Shown one piece after another: positions 59,201 through 64,000 of a DNA stretch of 64,000 nt. The DNA comes from Amphiscolops sp. MND2022 (taxonomy: Eukaryota). The stretch's first letter is position 1, and the number at the start of each line of letters is the position of its first letter. The notes beneath the pieces are model-generated. The model saw only the letters and a list, made by a program, of their open reading frames with translations. It made no database searches and was not told the origin of the DNA. The stretch is taken from contig OZ076409.1 of the NCBI GenBank assembly GCA_964187785.1, positions 95,606,001 through 95,670,000 on the forward strand, in the 5' to 3' direction. The translations under genes were made by a program, and so were the position numbers.

Positions 59201-60581
59201 CAAAGTCAAAGATGGCCAAGTTTTTGAACAATTGCTGTTCTTTTGTGTAAGGTATGGAAAAGAAGTCCAGTTTGTCAAACAGCGTTTCCCTCAATTGATA
59301 AACATTTCTTGGATAAACGTGTTTGATGCGATCCTTGCAAATAACCAAGTGACGTTCCAAGTTTCCAGTTTTGTTGAAAAACTGGTTGCAAGTTGAACAA
59401 CGATAAGCTTTAAATAATGCATTGATATTGGAGACGTAGCAAATGTGGTTATTGTAACGCAATAATCTGGCAGTGTTGCAATACTTCTGAACACTCCTCC
59501 GTGCGAGTTCACCGACAATTGATCCATCCACAATATCGATATCGTAAAGAAAGATATTGACTTGAATCAGGTCTTCAACAATAGGAATATCGTCCACGCA
59601 GACTCCTTGGAAGGTTGCTGGTTCTATTCCTCCTTTCTTTTCCAAATAACAATTGAACAATTTGCAAGTCTCTTCCTCCAATTTTTCATTTCCGTGGAGA
59701 TGAAGTGCTAATGCTCTGAATAAACACAAGTTGTCGTTATAGGGTTGTCTTGTGTTCTGCTCGAATGTCAAACAGTTCACAGTTTTGTTTTTCAATAGTG
59801 GATCAGGAAGTACAGCATCTCTACAACCCATGGGAATGTCTTTGAGCAAAGCAGCAAACACAGTTAGATTGGTGAGCTTGTAAAATTTCCACTTTGTATT
59901 CATCCTTTCTCTGGTACAAGATTCAATTACGTCAGTTTGATTGACAATGTTTTTCAATTTTGTCAAGTCGTCTTTGGTGCACACAAGTTGTGATCGATCC
60001 AGCAGAGTATTGTTTTCGTGAGCGTAAAAATAACGGTAACGTCCATCTTCCAAGTTTTTTAAAATGAATCCAAATGCGAGGTTAACTTTCGCGGCACATT
60101 TCAAGTTGTTAAAGAAATGATCAAGTTTTTTATTGACAATTTCCGTGTTTAGTGTCTCAACAGCGTAATTAAACACTTTATGTCGCCCACGTTCAAATTC
60201 AGAGTCCACGAGAAAGTGTCCACACGCACGTAGCTCATCCTTGAGACTGTCATCATGGATATCATCCACAAGGGGAGATGAATCAGCTTTTTTCAAGTTA
60301 AGACCGTGCATTTTACTTTTGTGTTGACGTAGTGCATAAAAACCAGCGAATTCCTCTTTACACACTTTACAAGTGTGTGTCGTTTTGGGCTTGGAAGTTC
60401 CATGTTTCTTTGCAATGTGATAATTTAAGTCATTTTGGGACTTGGTTGAGAAATTGGGACATTGAGAGCAAAATAATGTCCCAACGGAACAACTCTTTCT
60501 GTGTACTGAAAGGTTTTGCTTAGATACTTTGGTACCACAATTGGGACACGCAACTTTTTGATTTCGATCAAGAGCAGGCAT
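56247..60581 (-). CDS. Protein-primed family B DNA polymerase with a Vsr/PD-(D/E)XK-like insertion (likely start MPALDR at 60581)
   Basis: N-terminal C2H2 fingers; vOTU-like NLCLFRALA...NHI; Exo AIFDFES and FNSSKYD; motif A GIDASQLYP; insertion VDGFCEHCNTVFEAMGCYYHYC...GYTVMEMYECEW; motif B KLLANSSYG; uninterrupted motif C EMDTDS. Confidence 0.95.
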   Translation of the reverse strand: MPALDRNQKVACPNCGTKVSKQNLSVHRKSCSVGTLFCSQCPNFSTKSQNDLNYHIAKKHGTSKPKTTHTCKVCKEEFAGFYALRQHKSKMHGLNLKKADSSPLVDDIHDDSLKDELRACGHFLVDSEFERGRHKVFNYAVETLNTEIVNKKLDHFFNNLKCAAKVNLAFGFILKNLEDGRYRYFYAHENNTLLDRSQLVCTKDDLTKLKNIVNQTDVIESCTRERMNTKWKFYKLTNLTVFAALLKDIPMGCRDAVLPDPLLKNKTVNCLTFEQNTRQPYNDNLCLFRALALHLHGNEKLEEETCKLFNCYLEKKGGIEPATFQGVCVDDIPIVEDLIQVNIFLYDIDIVDGSIVGELARRSVQKYCNTARLLRYNNHICYVSNINALFKAYRCSTCNQFFNKTGNLERHLVICKDRIKHVYPRNVYQLRETLFDKLDFFSIPYTKEQQLFKNLAIFDFESICVREDQFRDTETTQWIGKHVPVSVSISSNLIETPIFLCNSNPRDLVESFVVALESLAAQSKAQMKLQFIDIETSIKSRLNTIFAILNERRGPRETVLEFEDECLEEDEKDASTQFLQMQKNQLIDLQEHLERYCNVLPVFGFNSSKYDINLIKRYLLPLLVNERELEPTVIKKANQFVSFKFGDVQLLDISNFLGGATSLDSFLKAYKTSETKGYFPYEWFDCPEKLNDTQLPPYESFFNKLRNCNPLESEYTDYEKLLKSGSTPESALAKLRLSQPPPTGKQNYEYLVSIWETEIMTTFKDFLRWYNNKDVVPTLEAMQKMIAFYHHKGIDMLKLGCTLPNLANICLHKSTNAKFYPFTENDKDLLEKIRDDMVGGPSIVFTRKAVVNETHIRNSANVCKSIVGIDASQLYPFSMCQEMPTGLYTRWDLDPESGRFRPRQNKTRSFENMVMSYYQRIRPDCKIVSFYTTGTQKKIDCFSVDGFCEHCNTVFEAMGCYYHYCPCQEARPSLTEEDIQRGTKKREMDELRRHYLMEKGYTVMEMYECEWWHLYKTNDLVKQHLRQSFPYKIPLSEERLLERIKNGSLFGYVQCDIEVPPELREQFANFPPIFKNINVGRDDIGSLMKNYAEQEGLLSQPRRMLISSYSLENGTLITPLFFFYLSLGLVCKKIYRFVQYTPKKCFNKFVQSAVDARREGDENPNSSVVAETMKLLANSSYGYQIMDRSRHTVTKYLCDEKVHAAINNKMFKRLNIIDEKLYEVELVKSEIEHREPIIVGFFILQYAKLRMLELYYNFFVKYCDINKFEELEMDTDSLYLALAEKELYDCIRPDKKREWIDLRSSDCADDFIANATTSFFPRTCCTKHKKHDKREPGLFKEEFRCTEMLCLCSKTYCCYDSQSEKFKFSSKGLNKRTLESSGDGPMSKYRKVLEETLNVTSTNRGFRVIDHNVGTYEQTKKGLSYFYPKRIVQDDGIHTGPLNI

Positions 60582-60604
60582 TTTAAGCAGCAAGTGTAAC
60601 AATT

Positions 60605-61310
60605 GTATATCTGAAAGCAAACAAATATAATTGGAACAGAAAATTGTAACTCTGAAAGCAAGGAAAAAGAATTAAACAGAAAATTGAAACTCTGAAAGCA
60701 AGCAACGGGATTTGTAACAGAAAAGTGTAATAAGATTTAATCTGAGAGCAAGCAACTAGATTGTAGAAATGTGAAATGAATAATGAAATGAAAATGGTTG
60801 AAAACTTGGTTTATGTAATTATTCAACCATATACGGAAGGTATGAGTCACTGAACCATAAAAGGAATGATTAGCCTTCCATAAAAGGAAAAAGTATTTAA
60901 GCACTAGCGTCAGCGTTCCCTCTCAAGTACCTGTCAATCATTTTTAATCTCCCTCAAAGTTAATTGCTCAAGTGGAACAAGTTCCCCTCAGGGGACGCCA
61001 CGTTGTCTGAGAAAACCACTCAAGTGGAACAAATTCCCTCGCAAAGACGCCGATAAGTCTGGGAAAACCTCTCAATTGGAGTAATTATGCAACCATAAAA
61101 GATTATTAGCGTGGGTAGCTGACAGCTGGTTACCCTTTCATCTTTAATTACTTTCCATAAATGGAAATAAACCACACTGTTAGCGTAGTGGTTAAAAGCA
61201 AAGTCACGTGCTGTTTATCGCATTGTCATAATATTGCGGCGACGTAGGCCTTGCTTTTATCCACTACACTAAATTTCTTTATTCATTTTAATTTAAACTT
61301 TCTTTTAGAG
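60605..61310. promoter_or_regulatory. Divergent control region of element 2 with repeated motifs
   Basis: CTGA(A/G)AGCAA at 60611, 60652, 60692 and 60742; CCATAAAAG three times (about 60855, 60878, 61093); CAAGTGGAACAA twice (about 60969, 61021). Regulatory role is inferred from position. Confidence 0.45.
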
Positions 61311-61316
61311 CAGTTC

Positions 61317-61943
61317 ATGTCTGTTAAACATCAACTTCCATCTCTATCTTTGCTGTATTCAATTTACGAAGACGTTCCAGAACAAACTTTGGACGAAGCT
61401 GACGTTGATTCGTACTTTTATCGCAACATATTGGACATTACAAAGACGGACAATCGTCTCGTACGAGTCAGCAAGGGGTCCAATAAAAATTTATTTGCAA
61501 TCAAAGTCTTTAAATTTTGCGACTTGAAAGCTCAACAACGCTTTTTCCTTGACGAGGAAATTTCCATCACCAAAAAAGAGCTCGCTGCGACCCTCAACAG
61601 ACTGCGTCACTTTTTAAAACAGTACGACCACGCACGAAAGGCAACTCTTTATACCCTACCGAAACCATTACAAGAGATTGGCTTTACGCTGTGGAAGGAC
61701 GAACTCTTCTCACACTATTATCTAGATATAAAAGAGCATACTGATCGTCATTTGCGTTTGTCTTTCCGCTTTGAAAAAGACAAGAATTGTTGTTTTTCAT
61801 TGAAAAAGTTTCTATATAGGGGAAATCAGTTTGTATTGACAGAAATTGTCAACCTCAGTCACAACGAACTGTACGAACTGTATAAGGACCGCTACTTTAT
61901 ATCGAGCAAGAGCGGAATCATTGAAAGCAACTACGACGTCTAA
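61317..61943 (+). CDS. Hypothetical protein, possibly a tandem PC4-like ssDNA-binding fold
   Basis: Two similar units: RLVRVS...FAIKVF...EISITKKEL and RHLRLS...FSLKKF...IVNLSHNEL. The fold is inferred. First ATG is at 61317. Confidence 0.55.
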   Translation: MSVKHQLPSLSLLYSIYEDVPEQTLDEADVDSYFYRNILDITKTDNRLVRVSKGSNKNLFAIKVFKFCDLKAQQRFFLDEEISITKKELAATLNRLRHFLKQYDHARKATLYTLPKPLQEIGFTLWKDELFSHYYLDIKEHTDRHLRLSFRFEKDKNCCFSLKKFLYRGNQFVLTEIVNLSHNELYELYKDRYFISSKSGIIESNYDV

Positions 61944-62308
61944 TGGAGCTCAACGCAGTTATAAATACAATCGGGAACGTTTACTGCCCTGAATGTGAGC
62001 TACAAAAATGCATATTCGAACATTACTGCAAGGAGGATTCTGAAGAACATTATCATTACAGTTGTCCAAAGTGTGACGCTGATTGTCTTGTGCAGGGTAT
62101 TCCTTTTAAGGATCAAACGCAGCAGGCAATCCTAAAAGATGCTGGTATACATTCATTCAGAACCAAGACGACAAGGGATTACGAGCGAGAACAAAAAGAA
62201 CGAGTCGGAAACGACAAAGGAATGGAATTCCTACGACAATTCCTTAGAAAAAAACCAACCAATCAACGCTCAGAAGAACCACCTGCAAAAAAGATCAAGT
62301 CCATGTAG
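61943..62308 (+). CDS. Zn-ribbon protein with C-terminal NLS-like motif
   Basis: CPEC...CPKC and PPAKKIK; overlaps the previous stop codon (TAATG). Confidence 0.7.
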   Translation: MELNAVINTIGNVYCPECELQKCIFEHYCKEDSEEHYHYSCPKCDADCLVQGIPFKDQTQQAILKDAGIHSFRTKTTRDYEREQKERVGNDKGMEFLRQFLRKKPTNQRSEEPPAKKIKSM

Positions 62309-62501
62309 GGAAATGGACGTGTCAAGTTCCTATTGGCTGTTCAATATCCTTACAAAGTCATTTTTCAAGCAACTAGAATTCATTTCATTTCAAACTTAAC
62401 TACAATCAAGACGCTCTACAACAACAACAATGTTCTTCTCAGTCTCCAACAACGGAACCCAGTGAACTCTGGACTTTTCACCGGACTCTGTCACAATCAT
62501 A

Positions 62502-63008
62502 GTGAAAGATATGGTCCAAGACTTGACAATTTCCTCCTTGGAACTTCCAATCGCAGCCTTCAACTCTTTGATAAATCAAAGACAACAGTTCCTGGACAAC
62601 CATTTAGCTCGCGTCCCCATAACTCCCAATCAGCAAGGGACGTGGGAGATGCAAGACGAGGTCCGGGCCAGCGTTGGTGACCACGATGTAAGCAGCGATT
62701 TCGTTCCCAGTGACTTGGATGATATTCAGTTCCATTGGGAGAATCCGAACATAGACATGGATGCTGTGTATCGACCAGGCATTGATACTCCCTTCTCTCC
62801 GTCACTGTTTGAAAACATTCCTGTTGCTGGAAGCGCAGACTACCCCATAGAGATTGACGATGAACAAGATAAAGAGAACGAGTACCCCACAACACCCGAG
62901 TCGCAGAGACCACTGCAACCACCACCGCTGCATAGATCCCTGAGCCGTCCATTTGGGACACGACTGGAAAATATACCAAACTCTGTGTATCGTAGTTTGT
63001 TTGAATAA
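62502..63008 (+). CDS. Acidic, Pro-rich, probably disordered hypothetical protein (start uncertain)
   Basis: 168-aa ORF rich in D/E/P/S, within the gene-dense part of element 2. Confidence 0.55.
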   Translation: MKDMVQDLTISSLELPIAAFNSLINQRQQFLDNHLARVPITPNQQGTWEMQDEVRASVGDHDVSSDFVPSDLDDIQFHWENPNIDMDAVYRPGIDTPFSPSLFENIPVAGSADYPIEIDDEQDKENEYPTTPESQRPLQPPPLHRSLSRPFGTRLENIPNSVYRSLFE

Positions 63009-63074
63009 TTGTATTTATTGTGTGTATTAAATTGAATTTTTATTATTCACAATTTCTTTTTCAAATCAGTCGTT

Positions 63075-63323
63075 ATGAGTGAGACTCTAGCAAAAGTATT
63101 ATTAGGAGCGTTTTTTATTGTCATAACTACTGGATTGTTTATATATCAAGTAAGGACTACAGAAAAAGTGGGACGAAATCCCGACCCCTGCATTGAAGAG
63201 TACAAAGACTATTGTATGAACGAAGGAGAATGTTTTAGTCATGTGGAAGAAAACATTATAGGTTGCCTTTGTCCACCACTTTACGGAGGGAAACGCTGTG
63301 ATAAGTTCTTGTGGTGGTATTAG
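63075..63323 (+). CDS. Small membrane-anchored or secreted EGF-like protein
   Basis: N-terminal hydrophobic segment VLLGAFFIVITTGLFIY, then a six-Cys EGF module CIEEYKDYCMNEGECFSHVEENIIGCLCPPLYGGKRC. Confidence 0.88.
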   Translation: MSETLAKVLLGAFFIVITTGLFIYQVRTTEKVGRNPDPCIEEYKDYCMNEGECFSHVEENIIGCLCPPLYGGKRCDKFLWWY

Positions 63324-63364
63324 GAATGTTAGTCTTGTGCAAAACATTTCTCAATTAAAATCTG

Positions 63365-63805
63365 ACACGTTGCAAAAATTTCAAGTTAAAATCAGACGCG
63401 TTGTAAAATTTTCCCAAAAAAAATACGACGCGTTGTAAAATTTTCCTAAAAAATACGACACGTTGTAAAATTTTCCCAAAAAAATACGACACGTTGTAAA
63501 AATTCTACTTTAAAATCAGACAAGAAGTAAAAATTTTTGCTTCAAAATCTGTCTTTTTAAAACTGTATCGCAAGTGCAAAATTTGTCGTTTTTACGGAGT
63601 AAAATGGGTAAAAACTTGTCTTTTTAAAAATAAAAACACCTTCCAAATCAGTCTTTTTAATTTTTTCATCTCGTGTAAAATGAAACACGTTGTAAAATTT
63701 TCCCAAAAAAAAATAAAACACGTTGTAAAATTTTCCCAAAAAAATAAAACACGTTGTAAAATTTTTCCAAAAAAATAAGACACGTTGTAAAATTTTACTT
63801 GTAAA
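63365..63805. repeat. Two clusters of ~30-33-bp tandem repeats
   Basis: AC(A/G)CGTTGTAAAATTTT-cored units at about 63365-63505 and 63684-63800. Confidence 0.9.
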
Positions 63806-63831
63806 AGTGTGCATTTTAATTTCAGTCAAAA

Positions 63832-64000
63832 ATGAGCAAGTGTTCCGACGACTTTTGTGACTTAGTAAAGTGGACGATTTATACTATTGGAGCATTCTTG
63901 TTGTTCCTACTAGCCGTTGCTGCAATTGCTGCTCTCATTGGTCTATTTATTGTCATGTTGAGACTTCCTATTGACCTCTACAAGTCTCATTTCGTTGAAG
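63832..64000 (+). CDS. Small membrane protein, cut off by the window end
   Basis: MSKCSDDFCDLVKWTIYTIGAFLLFLLAVAAIAALIGLFIVMLR..., with TCAGT shortly before the ATG. Confidence 0.6.
   Translation, partial: MSKCSDDFCDLVKWTIYTIGAFLLFLLAVAAIAALIGLFIVMLRLPIDLYKSHFVE

Larger units (their letters stand above)
55606..64000. mobile_element. Second Polinton-like element, partial (continues past the window end; left boundary tentative)
   Basis: Intact pPolB, dense intron-poor small ORFs, and a candidate AGTAGT terminus at 55606 followed by inverted repeats. No integrase or capsid gene and no second end are visible here. Confidence 0.7.

Noticed and set aside
1..64000. Prokaryotic origin or a bacterial defence system
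   Set aside because: Spliceosomal introns, metazoan-type genes and eukaryotic transposons throughout; no operons or rRNA.

Overview
This is AT-rich animal nuclear DNA: it has spliceosomal introns, an SLC29/ENT transporter gene and the 5' half of an RBFOX-like gene. The species cannot be determined from the window. Most of it is mobile DNA. From left to right: (1) the 3' part of a BEL/Pao LTR retrotransposon and a cluster of interleaved inverted-repeat elements. (2) A complete 15,493-bp Polinton/Maverick-type (adintovirus-like) endogenous virus at 8178-23670, flanked by the 6-bp target-site duplication GTCGAA and encoding a protease, penton, ATPase, integrase, major capsid protein and protein-primed PolB. 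(3) Host genes, MITEs, DINE-1/HINE-like repeats, a ~912-bp tandem duplication, a BEL remnant and a decayed RTE-like LINE. (4) One end of a second, different Polinton-like element from about 55.6 kb, lying in an intron that splits the RBFOX RRM. The most unusual features of element 1 are a 347-aa LAGLIDADG intein in the polymerase catalytic motif (YMD|TDS), self-complementary hairpins at both termini, TAAATG at 13 of 15 gene starts, and a 51-bp palindromic array. Together these suggest, as inference only, a virophage-like element linked to a large cytoplasmic DNA virus. Element 2 carries a small membrane-anchored EGF-like protein. All protein calls come from recognising motifs by eye; no database searches were run.
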